A stretch of DNA of 63,893 bases, filler included, from Thraustochytrium aureum (taxonomy: Eukaryota): NCBI GenBank assembly GCA_012862495.1. It is 11 parts of 7 records of this genome, joined end to end, with 100 filler letters (N's around TTAATTAATTAA, not from the genome) between each part and the next. Parts side by side here need not be neighbours in the genome. Positions count along the whole stretch, not along the records: positions 19,588 to 22,750 come from BLSG01000148.1; positions 22,851 to 36,670 come from BLSG01000149.1; 9 more parts are not named here. One strand, 5' to 3'. A program made the translations under genes and the position numbers. A model generated the notes under the pieces. That model was not told the DNA's origin. It ran no database searches and saw nothing but the letters and a program-made list of their open reading frames with translations. Below are positions 22,696 through 34,135 of this stretch, in pieces. Each line of letters opens with the position of its first letter. Position 1 is the stretch's first letter.

Positions 22696-24005
22696 TGGGC
22701 AGGGGAGGGGGCTCAAGAGCATGCAAACGAGCAATACTTTCTCCCTTTTTNNNNNNNNNNNNNNNNNNNNNNNNNNNNNNNNNNNNNNNNNNNNTTAATT
22801 AATTAANNNNNNNNNNNNNNNNNNNNNNNNNNNNNNNNNNNNNNNNNNNNCCTGCGAGAGCATACCCATCAATCTGCATTGCATCCAGCGTCAGCCAGCC
22901 CGTCGCCCGCCCGGCCAGCCTCAACCGCGCAGACCCCGACCCGCAGGCGCCGCAGGCGCCGCAGGCGCGCCGCAACTTACCAAAGACCTCACGAGCGCCT
23001 TGCCAGGGGCCAGCTCCTGCCGCGCCTGCGCCTCCATCGCGCGATACGCGACCGCGTCCTGCCCGCCACCCGACACTCGCGGCGCACATCCAGTTCTCTA
23101 TGGAGCCTGGGCCCCCTCGAAAGACCCTCCTGACCCGGTCAGGCCCCGCTTGCCCGCTTTCTCGGCTTTCGCGCTCGCCCGCCTGCTTGCTCGCCGAGCT
23201 CGGCCATCACGCGCTCGATGCCCACCGGAGCGGGCGCGTTGCGCTGCCGGAGAGGCGTGGCAGGACGCGCGGCTTTCGGGAGCGGCTCGCTGGCCCGCTG
23301 GCCCGCTGCCGGGCGGCGCTTTCAGAGCGAATGTGTCGGCGCTGGTCTGCTGAATCATTTCAGAGTCCGTCGCCACGGTTGCCGTGCAGGCATGGAGGTG
23401 GCGATTGATGACTTGCTTGCTTTACCTGCCCGCTGTCGATTGCCCGCTGTGAGCACTCACTTGCGCTGTCGAGCGCCTGCTCCAGGCTGCTTCGGAGTCG
23501 GATGTTGCTTGCTGCGCCAGGGCTTTGCGCTGGGCGGAATGGGACGCGCGGACTGCAGACTGTGGTGCTGAATTGAGGCGCAGCTGAGGCTGCGAGACTG
23601 GTCAAGAAACGTGCACGACGTTCTTGAAGTTGCCTGCCTCTGCTGCTGTCACGGTGAGAATGTAGGCCTGCCCACCCCTGCTCGGGCGTTGCTGCTTTGA
23701 TTGATTGAGTGAAATGATTTCTTCACGAGTGGTGGCAAGAAAATTGAGCCGAATTTCGCTCATGACGGTCCGTTCGATCAACAGGTCCACGACGACACCG
23801 CAAACTGCAAGGACGATTTCAGCCCCGCCCTTGGGTTGGGCTATGTATCTGGTGGTTGGCAGCTCAGTCTGCGCAGGTCTGTCTACAATGGCGGATCCCT
23901 CTACTAGCTACATCAGGCGAAAAGCGTGACGCTGCCGCTGCACCGAGCGCACGGTCGTCGGGAGCCGCCCAAAACCCCAACTCAATCTGCAAGCCAAATC
24001 GAAGC

Positions 24006-24042
<37 letters not shown>

Positions 24043-24101
24043 AACCAAGATCATCACCAGGATCAGCAGGAACCTGTTGACAAGGAATCGAATCATTAAA
24101 G

Positions 24102-24637
24102 ATGGACAAAATGAAGAGCGCAGCCAAGGCGCTCTGCCACCCGTGGACCCACATGACGTTCGTGCGCGACGACGTTAGCGGCTTTGTGCAGCTGTTCTTC
24201 GACAACTGCTCCACGGTCCTGCTCCTGATCAACCTCCTGCTCTCCGTCGTCTGGGTCCCTTCCTCGCTCTCCTTCAAGGGCCAGAACTCGGAATTCGTCG
24301 AGCAAGTCAAGAGCACCGTCGCAGAGAAAGCCAACAACACAGTGTGGGGCCTGGTCATCCCGGGCCTGGCCATCACCATGGTGTTCGGCAACGTGTACTA
24401 CGCTTGGCTCGCTTGCCGGCTCTCGTATGCGACGGGCAGGTTCCGCGATGTCGCGGCGCTTCCGTTCGGCATCAACACGCCGGCCGCCTTCGGGTTTGTG
24501 TTTTCGATCCTGCTCCCGGCCTTCTCGCAGGCCGCCACCGAGTGCGACAAGCAGCTGGAAGCAACGCCCGGGATGCCGGCAAGCGAGTTTGCCGCCTGCC
24601 TCTCGGCCGCTGTCGACTCGAGCTGGCAAACCGGCGT
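24102..24637 (+). CDS. NCS2/AzgA-like nucleobase permease, N-terminal part (3' part in gap)
   Basis: FVRDDVSGFVQLFFDN..IPGLAITMVFGNVYYAWLA..TGR..DVAALPFGINTP fits the pattern I recall for a xanthine/uracil permease-like subfamily. Confidence 0.7.
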
Positions 24638-25582
24638 NNNNNNNNNNNNNNNNNNNNNNNNNNNNNNNNNNNNNNNNNNNNNNNNNNNNNNNNNNNNNNN
24701 NNNNNNNNNNNNNNNNNNNNNNNNNNNNNNNNNNNNNNNNNNNNNNNNNNNNNNNNNNNNNNNNNNNNNNNNNNNNNNNNNNNNNNNNNNNNNNNNNNNN
24801 NNNNNNNNNNNNNNNNNNNNNNNNNNNNNNNNNNNNNNNNNNNNNNNNNNNNNNNNNNNNNNNNNNNNNNNNNNNNNNNNNNNNNNNNNNNNNNNNNNNN
24901 NNNNNNNNNNNNNNNNNNNNNNNNNNNNNNNNNNNNNNNNNNNNNNNNNNNNNNNNNNNNNNNNNNNNNNNNNNNNNNNNNNNNNNNNNNNNNNNNNNNN
25001 NNNNNNNNNNNNNNNNNNNNNNNNNNNNNNNNNNNNNNNNNNNNNNNNNNNNNNNNNNNNNNNNNNNNNNNNNNNNNNNNNNNNNNNNNNNNNNNNNNNN
25101 NNNNNNNNNNNNNNNNNNNNNNNNNNNNNNNNNNNNNNNNNNNNNNNNNNNNNNNNNNNNNNNNNNNNNNNNNNNNNNNNNNNNNNNNNNNNNNNNNNNN
25201 NNNNNNNNNNNNNNNNNNNNNNNNNNNNNNNNNNNNNNNNNNNNNNNNNNNNNNNNNNNNNNNNNNNNNNNNNNNNNNNNNNNNNNNNNNNNNNNNNNNN
25301 NNNNNNNNNNNNNNNNNNNNNNNNNNNNNNNNNNNNNNNNNNNNNNNNNNNNNNNNNNNNNNNNNNNNNNNNNNNNNNNNNNNNNNNNNNNNNNNNNNNN
25401 NNNNNNNNNNNNNNNNNNNNNNNNNNNNNNNNNNNNNNNNNNNNNNNNNNNNNNNNNNNNNNNNNNNNNNNNNNNNNNNNNNNNNNNNNNNNNNNNNNNN
25501 NNNNNNNNNNNNNNNNNNNNNNNNNNNNNNNNNNNNNNNNNNNNNNNNNNNNNNNNNNNNNNNNNNNNNNNNNNNNNNGAGG

Positions 25583-26491
25583 ATGCCAGGCGAATCCACT
25601 CCGCTGGTCGGCAGAGGCGAGCGCGGCGACAGCGGCAACGGGGTGAAGCGCGACCTGGACATGGCGCGCAACGCGTTCGAGGCGAACGATCTCGAGCTGT
25701 CGAAGAAGGCACACCAGCTGCAGGTCGCAAGGTCCCCGGAGGACGGCCACCAGAAAGAGGGGTCGCTGATCAAGTCGGTGGTCTTCGGTGGGCTCGACGG
25801 GATCCTGACCACCTTTGCAATCGTGTCTGGCGCGACAGGCGGCGGGTTTGGCACCGACGTGATCCTGATTCTGGGGTTTTCCAGCAAGATCGCGGACGCG
25901 ATGGCCATGGGCCTGGGCGACGCGCTTTCCACCAAGGCCGAGCACGACCACATCCGGCAAGAGCGCGAGCGCGAGCACTGGGAGTTTGACAACTACCCGG
26001 ACGGCGAAATCGCCGAGATGATCGAGCTGTACCAGAACAAGGGCATGACGTTCGAGGACGCCAACCGGGTGATCCGGCTCATGTCAGAGCACCGCGACTT
26101 CTTTGTGGATGTGATGATGGTTGAGGAGCTCGGGCTCCAAGTTCCCGAGGACGACGACAACCCCTGGTTTGACGGGTTTGTCACGTTCTGCTCGTTTATT
26201 GTTTTTGGCATCATGCCATTGCTCGGGTACTGTGTCTTCCCCTTTGCGTTTCCGGACCTCAGTAGCCACGAGCTCTTCGCGATCGCCTGCATCTCGACCG
26301 CTTTGACTCTGTTTGTTCTGGGAGTCACCAAGAGTTTGTTTTCGGTCACGCCCTGGTGGCGTTCGGGTTTGGAGATGGTCTTTATTGGCGCCGGCGTTTG
26401 TATCGTCGCGTACGGGATCGGGTCAATCACGAAAGCAATTGTCGGCCTCGACCCGGACGAGCTCACTGCTGGAGGGCCCGCGGTACCGTGA
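25583..26491 (+). CDS. VIT1/CCC1 vacuolar iron/manganese transporter
   Basis: IKSVVFGGLDGILTTFAIVSG, ADAMAMGLGDALS, EREREHWE..PDGEIAEM and MMVEELGL. Confidence 0.93.
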   Translation: MPGESTPLVGRGERGDSGNGVKRDLDMARNAFEANDLELSKKAHQLQVARSPEDGHQKEGSLIKSVVFGGLDGILTTFAIVSGATGGGFGTDVILILGFSSKIADAMAMGLGDALSTKAEHDHIRQEREREHWEFDNYPDGEIAEMIELYQNKGMTFEDANRVIRLMSEHRDFFVDVMMVEELGLQVPEDDDNPWFDGFVTFCSFIVFGIMPLLGYCVFPFAFPDLSSHELFAIACISTALTLFVLGVTKSLFSVTPWWRSGLEMVFIGAGVCIVAYGIGSITKAIVGLDPDELTAGGPAVP

Positions 26492-26730
26492 GTTGCGGTT
26501 CTGCCGTCGAGCCCTGGAGTGAACAACAAGGGGATGTGCGAGTAAGGCCTTTTTTCCTTTTGTTTTGTTTCTTCTTCTCGTCGCGGTGCGCCGCTTGCGC
26601 AGCCTCGCTGAGACGGTCGGCGCGGGCCCGCTTGATTCGCGGCGGCTGCGGCGCTCTAGCTAGCTAGCTCGGGCCGCTCTCTCTAAAGTAGCTCGGGGCG
26701 CTCCAGCTAGAGAGAGAGAGAGCTTGGACA

Positions 26731-27698
26731 CTAGAGGCGCGCCGGGGCGGCGGAAGAGGCGACCCGGTAGTCGCCGATCTGCACGTCGTCGTAGCCCGAG
26801 TCAGCAAAGTCACCCTCGAACCGCTTGCGCCGAAAGTCGCCCCAGAGGAAAGGGCGAAAGTGCGGCGATTCCCCTGGTGCGAGCACCCGCGCCTCGACCG
26901 ACGAGTCGTAGTGCGGGTTGAGAAAGTAGGGCGCGCTGTAACGAGCCAGCTCGGGATGGGCAAGCACGCGATGCACCGGGCTCTGGAACCTGTCGTTGGA
27001 CCACACCTGCATGATGTCCCCCAGATTGATGATGAATCCATCCGGGGCGGGGTGGACGCGCACAAAGCGGCCCCGCTCGCGGTCCAATACCTGGAGGCTT
27101 GGAGGATCCTGCGGCCGCTGGCGCAGCACAGTGAGCACGCCCGAGTCCGTGTGGCGGTTGATTGAGAGCATGCCATCCGTCTCGGCCTTGGGCTCCACGT
27201 CGGCGGCCCAGTTTTCGCTCACGGGCCGCAGGTTGCCGCTGCAGACAGGGTAGTGATTGAGGCGCATGAAGCTCGTGGGTCGCACCAGATCGGCGTCGAA
27301 CGCGTTCGCCGGGAGGCCGAGCGCGCTGGCGACGAGGCGTGTGACGCGCAGCGCCACAGCCTCGGCGAGGTCGTAGTACGCGAGCACCTTTTCGCGGAAG
27401 CCCAGCGGCGCCTTGGGCCACTGGTTCTCGCCGTCCACGTCCCACTTGCCTTCGGCGCCCATGTCGAACCCCTCCTTGTGGTCAAGCGTCCGCTTCGTGA
27501 GTTCGGAGTCGAACCAGCCTCGAGGGTTGTCCGCCTTTCGCTCAACGGCAGTCTTGGCCGCCCTCGGCATCGCGAAGAAGTCCACCATGGCCTGGTCAAA
27601 CGCGTCAATCACCGTCTGGTCCGCGCCATGGCCGACCACCTGAAAGAAGCCCCAGCGCGCGCACGCCGCACGGACCTGCTCGACGACAGCAGGCGTAT
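26731..27698 (-). CDS. 2-oxoglutarate/Fe(II)-dependent oxygenase (IPNS/DIOX-like; 5' part in gap)
   Basis: WGFFQVVGHG, RLNHYP, HTD (HxD), HRV (distal His) and RYS (RxS). Confidence 0.93.
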
Positions 27699-28522
27699 NN
27701 NNNNNNNNNNNNNNNNNNNNNNNNNNNNNNNNNNNNNNNNNNNNNNNNNNNNNNNNNNNNNNNNNNNNNNNNNNNNNNNNNNNNNNNNNNNNNNNNNNNN
27801 NNNNNNNNNNNNNNNNNNNNNNNNNNNNNNNNNNNNNNNNNNNNNNNNNNNNNNNNNNNNNNNNNNNNNNNNNNNNNNNNNNNNNNNNNNNNNNNNNNNN
27901 NNNNNNNNNNNNNNNNNNNNNNNNNNNNNNNNNNNNNNNNNNNNNNNNNNNNNNNNNNNNNNNNNNNNNNNNNNNNNNNNNNNNNNNNNNNNNNNNNNNN
28001 NNNNNNNNNNNNNNNNNNNNNNNNNNNNNNNNNNNNNNNNNNNNNNNNNNNNNNNNNNNNNNNNNNNNNNNNNNNNNNNNNNNNNNNNNNNNNNNNNNNN
28101 NNNNNNNNNNNNNNNNNNNNNNNNNNNNNNNNNNNNNNNNNNNNNNNNNNNNNNNNNNNNNNNNNNNNNNNNNNNNNNNNNNNNNNNNNNNNNNNNNNNN
28201 NNNNNNNNNNNNNNNNNNNNNNNNNNNNNNNNNNNNNNNNNNNNNNNNNNNNNNNNNNNNNNNNNNNNNNNNNNNNNNNNNNNNNNNNNNNNNNNNNNNN
28301 NNNNNNNNNNNNNNNNNNNNNNNNNNNNNNNNNNNNNNNNNNNNNNNNNNNNNNNNNNNNNNNNNNNNNNNNNNNNNNNNNNNNNNNNNNNNNNNNNNNN
28401 NNNNNNNNNNNNNNNNNNNNNNNNNNNNNNNNNNNNNNNNNNNNNNNNNNNNNNNNNNNNNNNNNNNNNNNNNNNNNNNNNNNNNNNNNNNNNNNNNNNN
28501 NNNNNNNNNNNNNNNNNNNNNN

Positions 28523-31500
28523 CAGCTCCTCGAGCTTTTGAGCGTGGGCCTCTCAGCGCCTGGGGTGGGGGCGGGAACAACAGCAACAGCGACGGTCTGG
28601 GCGACTCGCTGAGCAAACTCATTGTACAGAATAGGCAACTGCAGTCCGTGATCGACTCTGTGAGTAAACTGCTGCGCGACGAGACGTCGTGCCGCACCAT
28701 GTCGCGCGTGCTAGCAAACAAGGTCCTCGCTATGTTCGCGAGTGCCGCAGACGGCCACACACCTGTGCAGGACATGCACGACCAGCTCGCTCTCTCGCTT
28801 CTGACCTCGCAGCAAGTCCAAGTATTCTCAAGCGCTTTCAGCAAGGCCAAGTCCGGGGCGACCTCTGCGAGCGAAAGCGCCTTTGAGATCTGTAAAAATG
28901 GCGGCGCCACTGTCGCCGAAGCGCAAGCGTTTGCCGAATCTGTGTTCAAGTCGCAGCGCCACGAAACGGTATGCCTCATTGAGCAAGAGCTCGATCAGAC
29001 GCTCTTCGCCCAGCTACGCGAACTGCTGTTGCAGCAGCACACGGTCCTGGCCAAGCAGCTCGAGCAGGTCCAAGCCGCCTTGCAGAGGCTCCTCTTGTCC
29101 GCAAGTCGAGAGCAGCCGAGCGTCAAGAGGGAGGGTCGGGCCAGCGAGCAGGCGTCCAACGTTTCAGAGGCGCAGGGCGCCCTCGGCCTCTACAGCTTGC
29201 TAGCCACGGAGAATGCGCAGGGCGCTTCAGGGTCGCCTTCGGCGCTCGCGCACGCCGCAGGTCTGGCGCAAACCGTGCACGAGAGCGTCGTACATGTCGT
29301 CCAGATGCAGCAGATGCACGGAATCAGCTTGCGCGAGGCTGCGCGCATGCTTTTCAAAGACCGCCCGCTTGAGCCAATCGTCGCAACCCAACTGGCCATC
29401 CTCGAGCACCAGCAAAACTTGTCGCGCCAGCAGCAGGCGCAGATGCAGCACAGCGCGCTCAGAATACTCGAGCAGCGAATCGCTCGAGCTGGCGGCCCGC
29501 TCAACCCCAGCGTCGATCCAGCGCGAGTTGAAGCGGCAGACGGCGCGCCTGGACGCAGCCGCGCCTCCGACTCTGACGCCTCTGCCACGGACGCGACCGA
29601 CGAAGAGGCCGTCAAGATAATGGTGGCTTGCTCAGAGCGCCGCGTCGCGGGTTCCAAGGAAGACATGCTGAGTCCGCGCTCTGTGGACAGGTGCGGTCTC
29701 GGCCTGCTATTCGAACTTGGTGTTGCGGACCTCGAGGCAGAGACAGGGTCGACGACACCGCTCCGCCAGCTCGTGCACCGCCGCCGGGGCGGCGAGAAAG
29801 ACCGCGATGCTGACAGCCAGAGCGGGTCAAGCAGCCGACGCGGTCGTGGCGGGATGAAAAGTGGCGACCGCTCTGACGCTTCGGCCGCGGGCGAAGACGG
29901 GGCCCCTCGCGAGTGGTCTCCCACATCCCTTGTGGGCAAGCGCGTGCAGATACAATGGGAGGACCTCTGGTACCCCGGCGGGTCAAGTCCTACAGCAGGC
30001 GCTCGGGGCTCACGCGCGTTGTGTACGAGAACAGCAACTCGCCCGAGGACATGCGTTTGTCACAGGACGGCCGCGCAGAGTCCCCGGACGGCGAGGACAA
30101 GTTCGCGTGGCGCGTCATGGACCACGTCGAGTCCGAGGTCACAGACCTCATCACTGAGATGGTGCGCGAGATCATCAAGAGCGACAGGAGAGAAAAGGCG
30201 CGCTTGCGGGCCAGCGCGAACCGTGCACGACTTCGAGCTCAGCGCGCAGAGTCGGTGCGACGTGGAACCGGGCAGTCCGTCAAGGGCTCTGGCAGCGACG
30301 CCGGCGGGTCGAGCGATGGTGGCGCGAGCGAAAGCGACGACGACAGCCCGACGAGTGCCAATGCGCGACAAGCCCGATGGGACACTGGCGCGCGCCGTCG
30401 CCGGAGCTCTGCTTCGCCCCCTCCCGTTGAAGCCAAGGACGCCGATGAACATCCGGAGGCTGACGCCGGCCACGTGGGCTCTGACTGCGAGGAGAGCGAC
30501 AGCGCGCACCGCATCGGCACGAACGAGGCGCCTGTGAGTTCTGGCCGCGAACGTCGACGCCAGGCGCGCGAATTCGCGCGAGCGCGAAGCCGGATGACAG
30601 AGTGCGCCGCCGCACCGGTGCGCGAGACCGAGTCTGGTCCCGCAGAGGCAGAGCCGTCGCCGGACAAGGCTGGCGTAGCTCAGGAGAGCAAGCCACCCGG
30701 GGTGAGTGAAGGCGCCTCTGGCCCGCTGCGAGCGCGCAGCCATTCGTCTGTTGGGACCGGGTCGACGGGGCTCGCGTCGCCTCCGGAAGACGCGGGCGAG
30801 GAGCAGGGCGGCGCGCGCGGGGGGGCGTTGCGCGCCTTGCCCAAAGTCTCGGAGCAGAAATCGCCTAAACCCTCGAGCGCACGTGACCGGACCGCGTCGG
30901 AGGACTCGGCTAGCAAGCGCCGCAGGCGGACTGAGCTCGAAAAGCTCCTCTCAGACCCCGGTGCGGCCCGAGTCGGACGACCTCGAGAGCGCTCAGCGCG
31001 TATCCGCCGTCCCGCAGCGGTCGAGTGCGTGCAAGTACGCGCTTGACGCGAGTAGCGGGGGCGATTCTCTTGTCGCCCGTGCCGAACGGCGGCGCCCTCC
31101 GCGGCCCGCAGCGCCGGCTCCAGCTGCCAGGAAGAGCGCCCCTGCAGCCAAGCCTGCCGGGGAAGCAGCGACGCAACAAGAGCCCGAGAAGTCCCGTGAG
31201 TCGTCCGCAAAGCCTTCCAAGCAACCGACTCGTCAACCTGCTGGCAGCGCGCCCAAGGGGGGGCCCCGAAAAGCAATCAGCAAGCCTGGTGACGCGAGCA
31301 AGAAGCGCCCCCGCGCAGCGCTGCGCCATCTCGCGAGGCAGAGCCGGTGGAACTTGCGCCGCTCGGCGGCACGCGTGCCAGGCGGTCCTCTCTGCCCGCG
31401 CCTGTCCCTGCGGCGCCGCGGCGCGCTCGCCCGGGGGCGCCGTTGGCGACGGCACTACTGCCGCCGCCCCCACGCCGCGCCAAGCGAACGCGGTCGGGGC

Positions 31501-31990
31501 CAGGAGAGCTCGAGCCTATCNNNNNNNNNNNNNNNNNNNNNNNNNNNNNNNNNNNNNNNNNNNNNNNNNNNNNNNNNNNNNNNNNNNNNNNNNNNNNNNN
31601 NNNNNNNNNNNNNNNNNNNNNNNNNNNNNNNNNNNNNNNNNNNNNNNNNNNNNNNNNNNNNNNNNNNNNNNNNNNNNNNNNNNNNNNNNNNNNNNNNNNN
31701 NNNNNNNNNNNNNNNNNNNNNNNNNNNNNNNNNNNNNNNNNNNNNNNNNNNNNNNNNNNNNNNNNNNNNNNNNNNNNNNNNNNNNNACCACTGGCGGTGT
31801 GGACCCGAGCGCGCCGTTTGGCCAGGCGGCGATCGGCGCAAGGCTCAAGGTGTTCTGGCCGCTGGAGAAAGCCTACTTTGCCGGCACGGTAAAGGAGTTT
31901 AATGGGTCGTTGAACGAGTACATGGTCGCCTACGAGGACGGTGACATAGAATGGCTCAACTTCTCCAAGGAGAAAATTATATGGCTCTGA
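28523..31990 (+). CDS. Large, mostly disordered protein with two Tudor-like domains (5' partial; several frameshifts; gap 31521-31786)
   Basis: LVGKRVQIQWEDLWYPG/RVKSY..TRVVYE near 29930-30040, and IGARLKVFWPLEKAYFAGTVKEF..YEDGDIEWLNFSKEKIIWL at the C-terminus. Confidence 0.7.
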
Positions 31991-32303
31991 CTGACTGCGC
32001 GCTCTCTCGAGCAGCTGCGCTCGCAATGCCTGCGGGGAGAATGAATCTGGGCCGCCCAGCGAAAAAGCGAAACAATCACGAAACCTGAAACAAAATAACG
32101 ACCCGCGGAGCCGAGGCCGCCAATCAGCCTGCTGCCCGCGCGCGCGCAACGCGCGCGACGCCAGAAATGCAATGGATTTGACTCGGTTACCTGAATTCTT
32201 CTTCTACCTCGCTCGCCTCGGCCCTTTCCAAATAAAAAAAGGTCGAGCTCCGCGGCCATCTGGCCAGCCCCCGCCCGACCCGACCCGCGCAACACACACA
32301 AGC

Positions 32304-32885
32304 TCAGCGGCTCTTTTTCGGCTCGGGTTTGGCGACGTTGGTGCTGTTCTCTGCTTCTTTGCTGCGCATTTGCTCGCGAATTTTGTAGGCCTCCTGGAAG
32401 ATCGTGCCCCCCCAGTTGGGCCGCAGCTGGTTGGCCGTCAGGCCGCACTCTTGCACCTCGCGCTCCACGAGCGCCTTGGCCTGCTCGATCTGGGGGAGCA
32501 TGTACACGGCCACGCCCCGCTTGTAGAGAGTCATCTGCGTCCGGTAGTCGTTCTGCACCTTCTCGTGGAGGTCGATCACCTTGAGCACGCGCTTGAAGTG
32601 CGTTTGGCACAGCGACAGGTGCCATTGCTGCAGCTGTGGCCTGTTTTCGGGCTTTTCCTCCGGCTTTTGCGCCACGATTTTGGCGAACAGCTCCTTCTCC
32701 TCGGGCAGCGCGAACTCGTACTCGAGGTACGACTCCTCGTTGCGCTTGGCCTCCATCTGTCTCCAGAACCTATACGCATACGTCAGCGCGATCCCGATGA
32801 TGATGGCAACCAGCACCAGCGCCTGCCCCGCGGTCAGGAGCTCCTCGACGACCTCCGCCGCGTCCTCCTCCGGCAGCTCCCCCAT
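32304..32885 (-). CDS. Sec66/Sec71-like post-translational translocon subunit
   Basis: Single N-terminal TM. C-terminal EREVQECGLTANQLRPNWGGTIFQEA resembles the Sec66 E..EA..L.P.W...IF..A pattern (recognised by eye). Confidence 0.65.
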   Translation of the reverse strand: MGELPEEDAAEVVEELLTAGQALVLVAIIIGIALTYAYRFWRQMEAKRNEESYLEYEFALPEEKELFAKIVAQKPEEKPENRPQLQQWHLSLCQTHFKRVLKVIDLHEKVQNDYRTQMTLYKRGVAVYMLPQIEQAKALVEREVQECGLTANQLRPNWGGTIFQEAYKIREQMRSKEAENSTNVAKPEPKKSR

Positions 32886-33094
32886 CCTGTTCGCGCGCCG
32901 CTTCGCTCACTCGCCGCTCGCCCACTCGCCGCTCCGGCGCGCCGCGCGGCCAAAGCGACTCTCCTGCACACCGCTCGCTCTCCGAGCCCGCGCTCTCGCT
33001 CGACCGCGCCTCCGCCCGCCGCCCCTGCCGCTCCTCGCGCGATGGTCTGCTGCTGACTTGGCATGCTCGCATCCGCAGAGAACAGCTGTGGGTT

Positions 33095-33222
33095 CGTTCT
33101 CTCGTTGGTTCATTCGTTCGTTCTTTCGTTCTTTCGTTCTTTCGGTGGACCGTTCATTCGTTCTTTCGTGGGACCGTTCATTCGTTGGTTCTTTCTTTTT
33201 ATCTTTCTTTCGTTGGTTCGTT
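33095..33222. repeat. Degenerate (TTCG/TTCT)n tetranucleotide tract upstream of the Sec66-like gene
   Basis: Directly visible. Confidence 0.8.
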
Positions 33223-33870
33223 GAGCGCAGAGCTGGAAAGAACGCGGGCCTTGCTGAGCAGTCAGTCGCCCATGAAGCCCGAATTGACCGATGATCACGG
33301 CGATGGCCTATGCGCAAGGACCATTCATGGGATCTCGTGGATACAAGTCCGTGATCTACACTTTGACCGCTGCCAGTCGTGTGGGATGGCAACGACTGCG
33401 GCAAAGTGTGGGTCGAGACTCGGAAGCCAAGCAAGCGGCGCTCCCGTGCCGGTGGATTAGTGAGTATACACTGTCCAGCCCAGCGTACGTGCATGCCCGC
33501 CATTGTCAGCAAGCGCAGATGCACAGTCCACAAGCGTCAGAGCGACCGACAGCAGGCAAGACAGGCAAAACCCTCACCATCGTATTCTAAAAAAGGTGGA
33601 CGCGCGATGATGTCAAGATGTGATTGATTCTTGTACGCTCGATGCTGCTCCTGCTCGTGAGAGGGCGCACTTTCGTTTGCAGCCATGGGCACTCGCCGCG
33701 GCTTCCGTGCGGCTTTTGGGCTAGACCATAAATGTTTCCACAGGAAGGGCTCGACCGCCGAACGAACTGCCAGACACCGCCGTGCGAAGCGCAGTGGCCT
33801 GCCAATCGTGTGCATGAATGCAAGACAGATGCCAACCCGCGCTAATACACTTTTGCCTCCGTTTGCCTTT

Positions 33871-33959
33871 GAAGCGACAAGACTCCCGTGGGAAGCGACA
33901 AGACGACCGAGGGAAACGACAAGACGCCCGTGGGAAGCGACAAGACGACCGAGGGAAGC
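33871..33959. repeat. 21-bp tandem repeat x4 with alternating (42-bp) higher-order structure
   Basis: GAAGCGACAAGAC-tcccgtgg / -gaccgagg alternation. Confidence 0.85.
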
Positions 33960-34135
33960 TCGCGTTGATGCCGGTAGAAACGCGCTCAAAAGCCTGCGGC
34001 GACCTTCATGGAGCGATACTCGGAACGGATCCACGAGACACCGACCAAAACTTGAGCAAGGCCGCACGCCAAGCTACAGAGGCTGCGACTCGTTCGCTGT
34101 TGCAACTATTGAGCGCAATCAGTTCAGATGGCGGT

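Noticed and set aside
23602..23900. Short, lower-GC minus-strand ORF upstream of the permease
   Set aside because: No clear start and no recognisable domain; the evidence is insufficient.
24344..26491. 715-aa ORF suggesting a permease-VIT1 fusion
   Set aside because: The ORF is open only because it runs through Ns. The permease is in another frame, and VIT1 has its own ATG at 25583.
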